From a virus (lineage: Duplodnaviria; Caudoviricetes), in IMG/VR virus record IMGVR_UViG_3300025018_000215, positions 1 through 46,444 of that record: DNA of 46,444 bases. One strand, 5' to 3'. This document shows positions 19,472-28,665 of this stretch, one piece after another (positions within the stretch are counted from its first letter, which is position 1; every line of letters starts with the position of its first letter). Made by a program: the position numbers and the translations under genes. Below the pieces are notes generated by a model. It made no database searches. It was not told the DNA's origin and saw nothing but the letters and a program-made list of their open reading frames with translations.

Positions 19472-19718
19472 AAGGTTCTAATTCTTTTAATGCTTCCTGA
19501 AAACTACATCCAAGATCCATCACAAAGTCTATCGCATTGAACCCATGTTTACTGCAACCGAAGCAGTGGTATGAGTTGTTTGTATCGACTAGAAGTGATG
19601 GGGTTTTGTCTCCATGAAACGGGCAATTAATCATCTCTTTTCGACCTCGGTCTTGCATTTTCAAAAGATCGAGAATTTTTACTTGTCGTATCTTTTCGAT
19701 TTCTTCTTTTGATTTCAT
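19464..19718 (-). CDS. Stand-alone CHC2 zinc finger (DnaG-type zinc-binding domain)
   Basis: CPFHGDKTPS...YHCFGC...NAIDFVM...SFQEALKEL. Confidence 0.9.
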   Translation of the reverse strand: MKSKEEIEKIRQVKILDLLKMQDRGRKEMINCPFHGDKTPSLLVDTNNSYHCFGCSKHGFNAIDFVMDLGCSFQEALKELEPYA

Positions 19719-19723
19719 GCGAG

Positions 19724-19927
19724 TTATTTTTTACTAATATCTTCTACTGTGTCACCGTACAATGCCCCATCTTCTCCCCATTTTATCATAACCTGATAGC
19801 ACCTCATCCTTCCGACACATAAATTACCATGAATTTCCCAGCCTTCTCTAGCATATTTCATAATCCACTCTTCAAGCTGGGAATCACTAGAGCTACTTAC
19901 TATTCTGTAACCTGCCATTTTTCTCAT
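19724..19927 (-). CDS. Small hypothetical protein (DUF1737-like)
   Basis: YRIV...EGWEIHG...YQVMIK pattern. Confidence 0.5.
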   Translation of the reverse strand: MRKMAGYRIVSSSSDSQLEEWIMKYAREGWEIHGNLCVGRMRCYQVMIKWGEDGALYGDTVEDISKK

Positions 19928-19932
19928 AGGTT

Positions 19933-20115
19933 TTATTTCTCTAAGCTAGTAATGATCGTTTCCACCTTGTAATTCTTACCTTCGAATTTGTGGGCGGTTT
20001 CAATCGTGTCATTCTCCCCGACTTTCGGCAAGGACACGTCCTGTACCATTTCTTCATGATAATCATAGAATGTTTTTTTCTTAACTTCTTTCTTTTTAAA
20101 TAATTTAAATAACAT
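19933..20115 (-). CDS. Hypothetical protein
   Basis: 60-aa ORF in operon. Confidence 0.55.
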   Translation of the reverse strand: MLFKLFKKKEVKKKTFYDYHEEMVQDVSLPKVGENDTIETAHKFEGKNYKVETIITSLEK

Positions 20116-20117
20116 GT

Positions 20118-20495
20118 TTATTTTTGTTTAGTTATTAATCCTGGATTTTGGTATATGTTTCCGATTATTTCCAACCTTCCAGCTTTGTCGACTGCATTGT
20201 TTTGTAGAAGCATTGGACGAACTGCTGTAGACGACCCTCTATGATATCCGATAATAAATGCACCGTGTTTGAAGCGAACTTCAGAAGCATTAAATGCAGT
20301 GCTTTTCACAATATCACCCTCATAAATTTCCTTTCCGTTCTTATCGAGGAGTCCTGTGTATTGCATGACTATCAAATCTCTTGGGTCTGATTGTGATTCA
20401 TTTATAACAGGGTCACCGCTTGTGGCTTCAATGTCAAAATCTGAAACCATTTTTCTTTCTTCTTTATCCCAAGCTCTGAATTTTATTTCTCTCAT
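20118..20495 (-). CDS. YopX-family protein
   Basis: MREIKFRAWD, MQYTGLLDKNGKEIYEGDIV, EIIGNIYQNP. Confidence 0.93.
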   Translation of the reverse strand: MREIKFRAWDKEERKMVSDFDIEATSGDPVINESQSDPRDLIVMQYTGLLDKNGKEIYEGDIVKSTAFNASEVRFKHGAFIIGYHRGSSTAVRPMLLQNNAVDKAGRLEIIGNIYQNPGLITKQK

Positions 20496-20512
20496 TGTTT
20501 TTATAGTTACTA

Positions 20513-23035
20513 TTAATTTGCCCAGTCTTCAAATCCATCGAGATCATTATCACCTGCCCGCTTATCTATCGGCAGTCCAAGTTTTCCCGTCTCGAGATTA
20601 AACTGGTAATCCTGTTCACTCATCCGACCTTTATTCTTTACTACATCTACTGTCAAGGAACCACTATCACGAACCGACGAAAGCATAACAACACATTCCG
20701 GGTCCTGATACAGTGAAGCAGATCCTTTAAGGTCCTCAATACCAGGCTTTCTATCCTGCTGGCTACCTTGACCGTCAACCTTTCGCACATGAGTCACAAC
20801 AATCATTATAATCTTGTGTTCTTCAGCGAGCCGTTTCAAGTTCTGCAATGTCTGGCCGATCTCTTGCTCTTTTGAATAAGATGTTCGAATCATATAGTCG
20901 AGGTGGTCAATAATGACTACCCGCGTGTTAAAGATTCTCTTCGATTTCTTAATCACATCCATCGTCTCATCTTTGGTAGGCATTGAGAAGTACAGCGGTG
21001 TATGCAGACAGTCTTTTACCATTGTGTTCCATACATCATCGGTTACACCTGCAAAGTCACCTTCCGCCATGTTGTACTTCACTTGCAAGAATCGCTTACC
21101 TACAACTTCCGGTCCACGCTCGAATGGAAGAACAAGAACAGGAATATCTTTATTTGTCAACTCATCAACAAGGTTCATTATGTACGAAGTATTATGAGTT
21201 ACGGTGAAATCTTTCAAAAGATACAACCCATCTCCATCAAGAGTAAACCCGTAATAATCACCAACACCCAAAGACTCAACTTTTATGTTTGATGTAAGCC
21301 AGTTTTTCTTTGGAATGAAGTTACTTTTCTTTCTTTCGAGTTTTACTGGAATATCTCCAAGTTTTCCCACTATGTTTATTCGGAAATAACTTCCTTTAAA
21401 ACCGATACTTTTTATTCCTTTAACACATTTCTTCATCGTTGCCCTAAAACCTAAAGATCGACAAAGTGCCACAATATCATTAGCAAGAACCTCATTCTTC
21501 TGAATAATCTCATACGACTCACCCCTCGTTGTTTTTGCTAAGTGTCCATCTGAATCAATAAGCCCAGCCAACAAAGAACTCCTGTCTTCATAAGATGCAA
21601 CCATATAATTGCGAGGAATATGTTTATTCTCAATCAAGTTATAGTTCCTAAACCATCGCAAAATGTAATTACTCTTTCTTGTTTTATTTATCAGGTCGAC
21701 CATAATTGATGCGTTGTTTTTTTGATCACGCTTTGTTGCCTCCAATCCAAGTGACTCTGCATACTCGACCAAGAAGTCCTCAATAACTTTATCAGCTGTA
21801 GTAACTTGAGTTTTACTTGACGTACCATCGCCGAGCCAAATACCGAGGAAATACGGATCAAGCATTTGCTTATCAAAGAACTTTTCATCATAATTCACAG
21901 GACTTCTCCATCCTCTATACTGCTTCTGAGTATGAGGGCTGTAATCGAGAAAATGTTTAACTGTAAATTCAAACTCTTTTAAGTCATACTTACCATACTT
22001 ATTTCTTATTAGCTTTTGTGTACTCAAGATATGTGACTCATTTACATCATAGTATTCTCCACGCTGATGTATCCGATACATTTCTTCTTTACCACGAGCT
22101 AAAGATAGAACCTTTTTAGGCTTATTATCATGTGGCCCCATAAGCTTATCACCAACTTCTACATCCTCAACCTTCTTGTATGTTCCATCGTACATCATTA
22201 TCTCGGTACCTTTTCCATGACACTTCCCTACATTGGATTTACCGGACATTACAATCAGCCAGTCTTTACCGAGCTTGACATCGGGCAAATGTTCCAATGT
22301 AATATACTCGTCCTTATCATTTCGCAGATTATTGATTACGTCCACCACTCCTTTGAATTGATACGCATAGAACGGACGAGCTAATTTTACGAGGTCCCGA
22401 TAGTCATCCAGCGTATGGTCCCGGAAGTATTGGTTAGCATCTTTGATTTCTGGTGGGTATATTACTTCGCGACACTTCTCTGTTCCAAATCGTTCCGCCA
22501 TTTTAGCCGCAGTTTCTTTTCCGCCCGCATCATTATCATAGGCTATGTTTATAGTTTTGATATTGTCGAGCAACTCGATCCATACCCCATAGCTATCTTT
22601 TCCCGAGGCTGGCGAGATTACATTTTTGATTCCCGCTTGCCAACAACTCATCAAGTCAAATTCTCCCTCAACTATCAATATAGATTTCTTTGCCTCAGCA
22701 TACCTTATACCTTCCTCATTGTAGAGCCACACTTCTGCATCCTTCTCTTGTGTGTACTTTGGTCTTTTGCCGGGCGATAGTAATCTGTATTTTATGTTTA
22801 CCAGTTCACCACTCTTGAAGATAGGAATTGAAATTGCATCATTGTAGGAATCATAACCGAGACGAAAGTTTTTAATGGTTTCATCGGTCAAGTTACGATC
22901 CGCCCGCAAATACTTTAAAGCTTCTTCATTCTTTTGTAAAGCCTCTTCAAAACCTACTATCTTCTTTAGTGGTGGTTTAACATAAGTTGAGTGTACCTGA
23001 CTTTGTAGTGATTGAATTTTGTCAGTTATACTCAT
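20513..23035 (-). CDS. TOPRIM primase-SF4 helicase (T7 gp4/Twinkle-like) containing an intein
   Basis: IVEGEFD, AYDNDAGG, KDAN; Walker A GKSNVGK|TS split by the intein; IIDHLD, THVRK, DLKGS. Confidence 0.92.
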   Translation of the reverse strand: MSITDKIQSLQSQVHSTYVKPPLKKIVGFEEALQKNEEALKYLRADRNLTDETIKNFRLGYDSYNDAISIPIFKSGELVNIKYRLLSPGKRPKYTQEKDAEVWLYNEEGIRYAEAKKSILIVEGEFDLMSCWQAGIKNVISPASGKDSYGVWIELLDNIKTINIAYDNDAGGKETAAKMAERFGTEKCREVIYPPEIKDANQYFRDHTLDDYRDLVKLARPFYAYQFKGVVDVINNLRNDKDEYITLEHLPDVKLGKDWLIVMSGKSNVGKCHGKGTEIMMYDGTYKKVEDVEVGDKLMGPHDNKPKKVLSLARGKEEMYRIHQRGEYYDVNESHILSTQKLIRNKYGKYDLKEFEFTVKHFLDYSPHTQKQYRGWRSPVNYDEKFFDKQMLDPYFLGIWLGDGTSSKTQVTTADKVIEDFLVEYAESLGLEATKRDQKNNASIMVDLINKTRKSNYILRWFRNYNLIENKHIPRNYMVASYEDRSSLLAGLIDSDGHLAKTTRGESYEIIQKNEVLANDIVALCRSLGFRATMKKCVKGIKSIGFKGSYFRINIVGKLGDIPVKLERKKSNFIPKKNWLTSNIKVESLGVGDYYGFTLDGDGLYLLKDFTVTHNTSYIMNLVDELTNKDIPVLVLPFERGPEVVGKRFLQVKYNMAEGDFAGVTDDVWNTMVKDCLHTPLYFSMPTKDETMDVIKKSKRIFNTRVVIIDHLDYMIRTSYSKEQEIGQTLQNLKRLAEEHKIIMIVVTHVRKVDGQGSQQDRKPGIEDLKGSASLYQDPECVVMLSSVRDSGSLTVDVVKNKGRMSEQDYQFNLETGKLGLPIDKRAGDNDLDGFEDWAN
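21191..22222 (-). mobile_element. Intein (344 aa) with LAGLIDADG homing endonuclease, inserted in the helicase Walker A
   Basis: Begins CHGKGTEI, ends VTHN followed by T; internal LGIWLGDG and LAGLIDSDG. Confidence 0.95.
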
Positions 23036-23038
23036 AGT

Positions 23039-23707
23039 TTATTTTCTTTTTAATGTGCTTATAAATTCGTTCAACCCATCATAATCCATCTTTTTACTCA
23101 TCCTTCCGTGCATACTTATAAATGTTCCGTTTTTGTAAACATCCGGTAAGTCTGCCCAGTTTTCACCGATAGAGTGCAACATGTCATGCCTTTGTTCACA
23201 ACTCTTGCCCTGCAATTCTTTATGTGAGAAGAATGAGCTTGCTAACATATTAAGACTGTTTCTTTCCCAATCTTTTTGCCTCCAAATAAACACATTTGCA
23301 ACATCCTCCTTTGGCACATTAAATGCTCGACAATCAAACGCACATATAGTACCGCCCATCTCTTTGTTGAAGTGGGCACCAAACAAGGATGCTGTTACTG
23401 AACAAAGCTTTTGAATTTCACCATCGAACCAAACCTGAGTGTCATAAGAATCTGTGTCAGTTAGCATGAAAGTAAATTCATCTGACTGATGATAACCTAA
23501 TTTGAATCCAGACATTTCTTTCGAAACTTTTTCCCCAGCACGTATCATTGCCTTAGTCAACTTGTCATCAAATGGTCGGTCCATTCCCTTTGTAAAAGTA
23601 TGGAAAGCTTTACCATCTACTCTAAGAATTATATAACTATTTGGAATTAAAGATTGTCTACTGACATGTTCGTACCTTTTAATTCTATCTCCTAGGTTGT
23701 CGCTCAT
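23039..23707 (-). CDS. tRNA(His) guanylyltransferase Thg1-like protein (3'-5' RNA polymerase family)
   Basis: RVDGKAFHTFT, QSDEF, QKLCS, FDCR, WRQKD...RNS. Confidence 0.93.
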   Translation of the reverse strand: MSDNLGDRIKRYEHVSRQSLIPNSYIILRVDGKAFHTFTKGMDRPFDDKLTKAMIRAGEKVSKEMSGFKLGYHQSDEFTFMLTDTDSYDTQVWFDGEIQKLCSVTASLFGAHFNKEMGGTICAFDCRAFNVPKEDVANVFIWRQKDWERNSLNMLASSFFSHKELQGKSCEQRHDMLHSIGENWADLPDVYKNGTFISMHGRMSKKMDYDGLNEFISTLKRK

Positions 23708-23710
23708 AGT

Positions 23711-23947
23711 TTATTTATTATGTTTATCACTACATTCCTGACAATAAGCTGATCCATCTCGCCGTTCATTTTCGCATACCGAGCTGGTAATAGCTGATTC
23801 AAAACTGAAACCGAGGCCAACACCAGGAGTTTCCACTCGCACTACTTCGCCCGCAAACTCTGCATTTTTACAATTAATCTGTCTAAGGTGTGCTAACTGT
23901 GACTCGAGATCTAAAGCTGCTACTTTATCATTGTATTGATTTTTCAT
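23711..23947 (-). CDS. Hypothetical Cys-containing protein
   Basis: Likely start MKNQY; CQEC near the C-terminus. Confidence 0.55.
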   Translation of the reverse strand: MKNQYNDKVAALDLESQLAHLRQINCKNAEFAGEVVRVETPGVGLGFSFESAITSSVCENERRDGSAYCQECSDKHNK

Positions 23948-23963
23948 ATTTATTTTAATTTTA

Positions 23964-24188
23964 TTAGTAACATGTTCCGGAAAATCTTCTCTCATCATTT
24001 CTCTCTGATTCCTCCTCATAATCAACAAGGAAGAAATACTTTTGTAAAACCACAAGATCCTCTTCATTAACTTCCTGCTGGTAGTAGTACTGTTTTGCTT
24101 TTTCCTCTGTTGTTTGAACTAACTCCGTAAGGCAATTTCCATAATCATCGGACTTATTTGAGACAAGGTAATATTTTAATGTTTCCAT
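23964..24188 (-). CDS. Hypothetical protein
   Basis: 74-aa ORF in operon. Confidence 0.55.
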   Translation of the reverse strand: METLKYYLVSNKSDDYGNCLTELVQTTEEKAKQYYYQQEVNEEDLVVLQKYFFLVDYEEESERNDERRFSGTCY

Positions 24189-24190
24189 AG

Positions 24191-24553
24191 TTATTTTTTT
24201 ATTAGTTTTAATATCTCATCAATCCTCTCAGAACTTTCTTTCTCCCAATCCTCATCAAAATTTGGTAAGTCAATAAAGAACTCTTTATAAGAACTAGTAT
24301 CATAAGAGTCATCTCCATAATCGTAATCTGACCAAGGGCAAGGGCAATAACATCCTGAATCAAACCCCCAAATTATACGACCATCATTTGTAATTCCTAG
24401 ACGTTCCTCGTCAAAATCCCATTCTCTCTGTACACTTGGCTTCTGGCGATCTAATATCCAAATAACCTTATATTTTCCACCAGATGTTTCAGACCATTCG
24501 TCGCTTGGTATTTTTGATATATTTTTGAGCAAATTCTTAATTTTTTCTTTCAT
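24191..24553 (-). CDS. Hypothetical acidic protein with DSGCYCPCPW motif
   Basis: 120-aa ORF in operon. Confidence 0.65.
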   Translation of the reverse strand: MKEKIKNLLKNISKIPSDEWSETSGGKYKVIWILDRQKPSVQREWDFDEERLGITNDGRIIWGFDSGCYCPCPWSDYDYGDDSYDTSSYKEFFIDLPNFDEDWEKESSERIDEILKLIKK

Positions 24554-24561
24554 ATTTATTT

Positions 24562-24906
24562 TTATTTACTACTTTTATAAGATTCCTTCTGACAAACTGA
24601 GCAGATATAATGTCTCGTTTCTCCGCCGAGAAAGCCCCAACCACGACGACTTACAACCCCCAACTCTTCAAGCTCCCTTTCTTTCGCCTCAACAAGCCCC
24701 TGCTTTTCTCGCTCGATCCGATAATAATCCTCCGCCACATCAATCCCTAGAACAGTATCTTTGGTTTGTACATATGGGGGTAAAACAAGGATGTAATCAT
24801 GCTCTTTACCGCCCCGACAAAGTTTCCTTTTCTTAAACTTCTTTTTTGAAGCGGCGAGTTCCTCTTCGGTTACCCATTTTCGAGTAAAAGTATCGTATTT
24901 CTTCAT
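24562..24906 (-). CDS. Hypothetical Zn-binding protein
   Basis: C-x5-H ... CSVC. Confidence 0.6.
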   Translation of the reverse strand: MKKYDTFTRKWVTEEELAASKKKFKKRKLCRGGKEHDYILVLPPYVQTKDTVLGIDVAEDYYRIEREKQGLVEAKERELEELGVVSRRGWGFLGGETRHYICSVCQKESYKSSK

Positions 24907-24908
24907 TA

Positions 24909-25361
24909 TTATTCTTTATTTAGTAAATCTCTAATGTCTAATAATATCTCTATGTGTAGCGGAACTTCCGCGACCTCATAGGAACAACTACATTCTACAA
25001 ATCTGTTTACTCCTAATTTCCCGCAATCTCTACACCTTCCTAATGAATAAACATCAAATGGAGATATTGTTGCCCCCCAAGTCATATCAAATTCCACTTC
25101 TACACCTTTAAATAATTCAGGTTCATTATCCTTCAATTGGAATGAGCAATTAATTATATCCCCTTTGAAGATATCCTCTCCATTTTTATCGTCGATTCCA
25201 GTATCTTGGAGAAGGATAACATTTTCAATACCATATTTTGCTTGGTCTACCCATTCACCCTGACCTTCCATTATCATCAATAATCCGTTTTCATTTATAG
25301 CAAATCCTTTAATAAACTCTCTTTTATTTTTATCCCAAGCTTTAAATTTTAAAGTTTTCAT
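24909..25361 (-). CDS. Second YopX-like protein with Cys-rich C-terminus
   Basis: LKFKAWDK, QDTGIDDKNGEDIFKGDII; CRDC...CSC. Confidence 0.75.
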   Translation of the reverse strand: MKTLKFKAWDKNKREFIKGFAINENGLLMIMEGQGEWVDQAKYGIENVILLQDTGIDDKNGEDIFKGDIINCSFQLKDNEPELFKGVEVEFDMTWGATISPFDVYSLGRCRDCGKLGVNRFVECSCSYEVAEVPLHIEILLDIRDLLNKE

Positions 25362-25362
25362 A

Positions 25363-25548
25363 TTATTTGTTTTGATTGATAAGGTCTTTTAGTTCTTTTA
25401 GGTGAATATGGACTTTATTCAATTCTTTAATTCTTTTTTGTAAACTACTACAAAAAGGGTGTGTGCAAGTTTCACTGCAAATAAATTGTCTCAAATTGCT
25501 TATTTCGTTATCGACAATCTCCTTTATGATTTGTTGTGGTGTTTTCAT
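25363..25548 (-). CDS. Hypothetical protein
   Basis: 61-aa ORF in operon. Confidence 0.5.
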   Translation of the reverse strand: MKTPQQIIKEIVDNEISNLRQFICSETCTHPFCSSLQKRIKELNKVHIHLKELKDLINQNK

Positions 25549-25667
25549 ACTTAGTTATCTTGTTCAGAATTTTCTAACGCCTGTTTGAGGGCTTCCAAGT
25601 AATTTTCTTTAATTATTTGTTCTATTGTTTTTTCTTCTGTTTTCATATTTATTTTGGTTACTCTTAT

Positions 25668-25696
25668 ATACTAGCGTGTTTGTATTATTCTAGCAA
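25668..25696 (-). promoter_or_regulatory. Possible promoter
   Basis: Minus strand TTGCTA-17 bp-TAGTAT in an intergenic gap. Confidence 0.5.
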
Positions 25697-25705
25697 GGGG
25701 AGTTA

Positions 25706-25939
25706 TTAATCCTCTATCGCCGCGATAGCAATAGAACAAATCAAAATAATAAGCATTACCAGAATAAATCCAGCAGCCACCATAAGGCCAAACACAAGAG
25801 GTAAAAATATTGGACTCAATACGATCCACCATGACCAAGTTATGTAATTAGTTAACTTCAGCGTGATAAGTACTATCGCGAGCAATCCGAAAAAGCTAAT
25901 TCCCCCATCTGATACTGTAATTTTTGTTGTTTTTGACAT
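25706..25939 (-). CDS. Small phage membrane protein
   Basis: GGISFFGLLAIVLITLKL...WSWWIVLSPI hydrophobic pattern. Confidence 0.75.
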   Translation of the reverse strand: MSKTTKITVSDGGISFFGLLAIVLITLKLTNYITWSWWIVLSPIFLPLVFGLMVAAGFILVMLIILICSIAIAAIED

Positions 25940-26067
25940 ATTTTTTAGTTATTTTCAAGTGATTCAATTCTGGTTATTAATTCATTAATAATATCTTGTT
26001 GATTTGAAAGAATTTTTAAGATATCATTTATCACCTCGTTGTTTAATTTTATATAATCATCCATATT

Positions 26068-26958
26068 TTATTTCTTAATTGATTTAACCTGACCTATAAC
26101 ATGCTCCCGTATACCCCTCACGTCCTCAAAATTGACCTGTAACGAATTTAAAATGAAAGCACGATACTCATTGACACCCCGAGGAATCCACTCCAATGGG
26201 AAGCATTTTTCAGCCAATCTCTTGTGGTTGAAATCATCTGTCCCCGTTGCACCGTGCCAATCGAAGTGTAGTAGAATCAAAGAAGCCACTTGATACTCAT
26301 TGAATTGATCGAGTAAAGGTTTAAATTGTTTAGCGAGGCGAGGCCAAGAAGAAACAACATAATCAAAACCATAAAGCTTTTTAAATTTTAGGTTGTAGAT
26401 TGAAACGAGGCGTGAAATTGGAGTCTTACCCAAAGCAATAGGCAACTTATTCAAACGATCCTCATCGGTTGTAGCTTTATTTGCCTTTTCAACCAAAGGT
26501 TTTTCTCCCTTTTGAATAGGCTTTCCCCCATCTGTTTTGGGCATCTCACTATCATTCTTTATATTCTTATTATAGAGTCCGGTACTTTTTACCGATGTAT
26601 CGGTACTTTTTACCGATGGTACCGGTACTTTGTACCGATTGGATTTAGCCTGTTCGGTACTTTTTACCGATGGTTTTGATTCGCTTTCCTTTGTTGATTC
26701 GACCCAAAATTGTGTCGATTTTACTGCCCCCTTATCCCCCCGCGTGATCAATTTCTCTTCGGCGAGCTTTGTTTCTATTTTGAAAAGGCCACTAACTGAT
26801 ACACCCACACGTCTTGCCAATTCGTTTTTTGACATAGTACACCATGGATTAGATAACTTGTCAATTATATCAGCGCAAACATACTCATTATTTGTGAGTC
26901 CCAACTGCATCCTTTTTTCGTGCAAGATTGTGGTGTAAGTGCTAATTTTATTTGACAT
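26068..26958 (-). CDS. Replication initiator (lambda O-like, N-terminal winged HTH)
   Basis: SKNELARRVGVS...L...KLI HTH followed by a linker encoded by iteron repeats. Confidence 0.7.
   Translation of the reverse strand: MSNKISTYTTILHEKRMQLGLTNNEYVCADIIDKLSNPWCTMSKNELARRVGVSVSGLFKIETKLAEEKLITRGDKGAVKSTQFWVESTKESESKPSVKSTEQAKSNRYKVPVPSVKSTDTSVKSTGLYNKNIKNDSEMPKTDGGKPIQKGEKPLVEKANKATTDEDRLNKLPIALGKTPISRLVSIYNLKFKKLYGFDYVVSSWPRLAKQFKPLLDQFNEYQVASLILLHFDWHGATGTDDFNHKRLAEKCFPLEWIPRGVNEYRAFILNSLQVNFEDVRGIREHVIGQVKSIKK
26580..26671. repeat. Four 17-bp iterons, probable replication origin
   Basis: CGGTACTTT(T/G)TACCGAT at 26580, 26601, 26623 and 26655. Confidence 0.85.
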
Positions 26959-26993
26959 AATTCCTTATTTGTTATTTAATATTTCCCATTTCT

Positions 26994-27245
26994 TTAAAAC
27001 CCCCATTGACATCTCGGACAAGTTGTTGTGTTGTGTTTGAATTGCCATCCTGAATGTTCAGCTTCAATTCGAGCTGACTCACAATCATTGTAAAATGTCT
27101 CGAAGTTATCACATTCATCGCAATAAATCTCATAAATCTGTGTTTCTGCGTTGTATTCTACCATGTTTAATTTATCATATCGCTTTACTTCCTTCTTTAT
27201 TTTTAATAATCTGCTGTCTGATATGTTTAATGTTGCTGTTGTCAT
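26994..27245 (-). CDS. Zn-finger hypothetical protein
   Basis: CDEC...GW...CPRC. Confidence 0.65.
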   Translation of the reverse strand: MTTATLNISDSRLLKIKKEVKRYDKLNMVEYNAETQIYEIYCDECDNFETFYNDCESARIEAEHSGWQFKHNTTTCPRCQWGF

Positions 27246-27366
27246 GTGCTTTACTTATGCTTTTAATAATGCTTTTTGGGTTTCCCCCATTAGGTTTCCC
27301 CCATCAATTCGCCCGCAAAATCTTAGGATCCTAGAATTTGACTTCCCCCCTTGACCTTGTAATTGC

Positions 27367-27394
27367 ATTATACTAGATAATAAAAAAAACGCAA
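27367..27394 (-). promoter_or_regulatory. Promoter upstream of the replication genes
   Basis: Minus strand TTGCGT-16 bp-TATAAT. Confidence 0.6.
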
Positions 27395-27590
27395 TACATA
27401 AAGTGTGTATAGCGTTGTTGTACCATTATTTAAACATAAAGTCAAACCCAAAATTTGCCGTCTGCGTAACGTGTTCGTTCGTTCGTTCATTCCCCTCCTT
27501 TTTCTGGTTTTCTCGTATATTTATTTTAATTTAGTACTCAATAGTTTTTACTTTTTGTCAAATTTATGGTGTAACTATTAAGTAAATATA

Positions 27591-27624
27591 CAAAAAAACC
27601 AAACGTGCTAGTCCGTTTGGTTTT
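27591..27624 (-). terminator. Intrinsic terminator of the early cluster
   Basis: AAAACCAAACG/CGTTTGGTTTT stem with a U-tract on the minus strand. Confidence 0.65.
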
Positions 27625-27687
27625 ATGTTCGCACTTTGTACTAATTGTACGTGCCTTATATTTACCTTTTTTTTAACTTTTAACTTT

Positions 27688-27987
27688 TTACTTATTCAGA
27701 TCTTCAAGTTTATATTCCCCGCTTGCTATCTTTTTGCGCGTTTCCTCTATGGTTTCGCACAAAAATTGATTCCTATACTTGCCCGTAGTAGTTGAATAAT
27801 CCCAGTAATTCATATCAAGTACTATATCTGTGCGATCTGCCCATATAGTCCTGATCGCTATCACGCTTGCATAACTTTGAAAAGCCTCCCTTTTGATAAA
27901 GTTGCCCATTATCCCCCCTTTTTCTGTGATTAAGAATTGATTAGCTACCTCACGCCCGCTATTTGAAGTCATGTTTGATACTTTCAT
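27688..27987 (-). CDS. Hypothetical early protein
   Basis: VANQF...FQSY...WDYSTTTGKYRNQFL; 99 aa. Confidence 0.7.
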   Translation of the reverse strand: MKVSNMTSNSGREVANQFLITEKGGIMGNFIKREAFQSYASVIAIRTIWADRTDIVLDMNYWDYSTTTGKYRNQFLCETIEETRKKIASGEYKLEDLNK

Positions 27988-27988
27988 A

Positions 27989-28300
27989 TTATTTAGAATT
28001 AAAAAAGTCTTTTATAATTTCCACCATATCTTCATCTTCCATATCAAGCAATTTTGACACGCCTGTAATTCTTGGTGTGCCTGTGCCTGTATAAACAGAT
28101 TTAGTTTCGATTATAGTGACATTTAGTAATTCCTTTATATGTGATCGTAGACGGCTATCACCTCCAAAAGTTTCCTTCACAGTGTGAGACATGCAATATT
28201 CCCTATCTGTGTCCAATAGGTCAATTTTCCATATACCATAGACCCAATTTGTCCCGCTAGGTGCATTATATCCAATTTTCGATAATGTGATTATTTTCAT
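27989..28300 (-). CDS. Hypothetical early protein
   Basis: 103 aa. Confidence 0.6.
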   Translation of the reverse strand: MKIITLSKIGYNAPSGTNWVYGIWKIDLLDTDREYCMSHTVKETFGGDSRLRSHIKELLNVTIIETKSVYTGTGTPRITGVSKLLDMEDEDMVEIIKDFFNSK

Positions 28301-28319
28301 AAGTTTATTATTTTATTGC

Positions 28320-28411
28320 TTGACATCGCGGGCAAAATAAATAGAATACTAAACACAGTACACCCGAAAAGGTCTACTGTAATAACTCTTATTGCTTGCC
28401 CGCAATATCAA
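28320..28411 (-). ncRNA. Long RNA hairpin (leader or ncRNA)
   Basis: 16-bp basal stem fully paired with G-U only on the minus strand, plus further stems to an apical loop. Confidence 0.55.
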
Positions 28412-28665
28412 TAGTTGTCAATGTACTAACTAACTAGCGTGTTAGTATAGGTTATAATGTAAATTATACCCTATTTAGTCCCCGCACGTTGCTGTGTGGG
28501 GATAGAATAGGCTGTAATTAGGTTATATTTAATGTTTTACCTTTTCCAGCGTTCATAACGGCTTTGCAGTCATCTGCACATACATATATACCGCCTATAT
28601 ATGCGTATTTTTTGCCGGTGTTCTGTAAATAGGTTAAGATCTCCCGTGCTTTTGTTTTTGACATA

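Noticed and set aside
26580-26671. Mini CRISPR array
   Set aside because: Repeats are 17 bp with 4-15 bp gaps inside a coding gene, which fits iterons; no cas genes
27472-27488. (GTTC)4 microsatellite
   Set aside because: Short and intergenic, with no evidence of function
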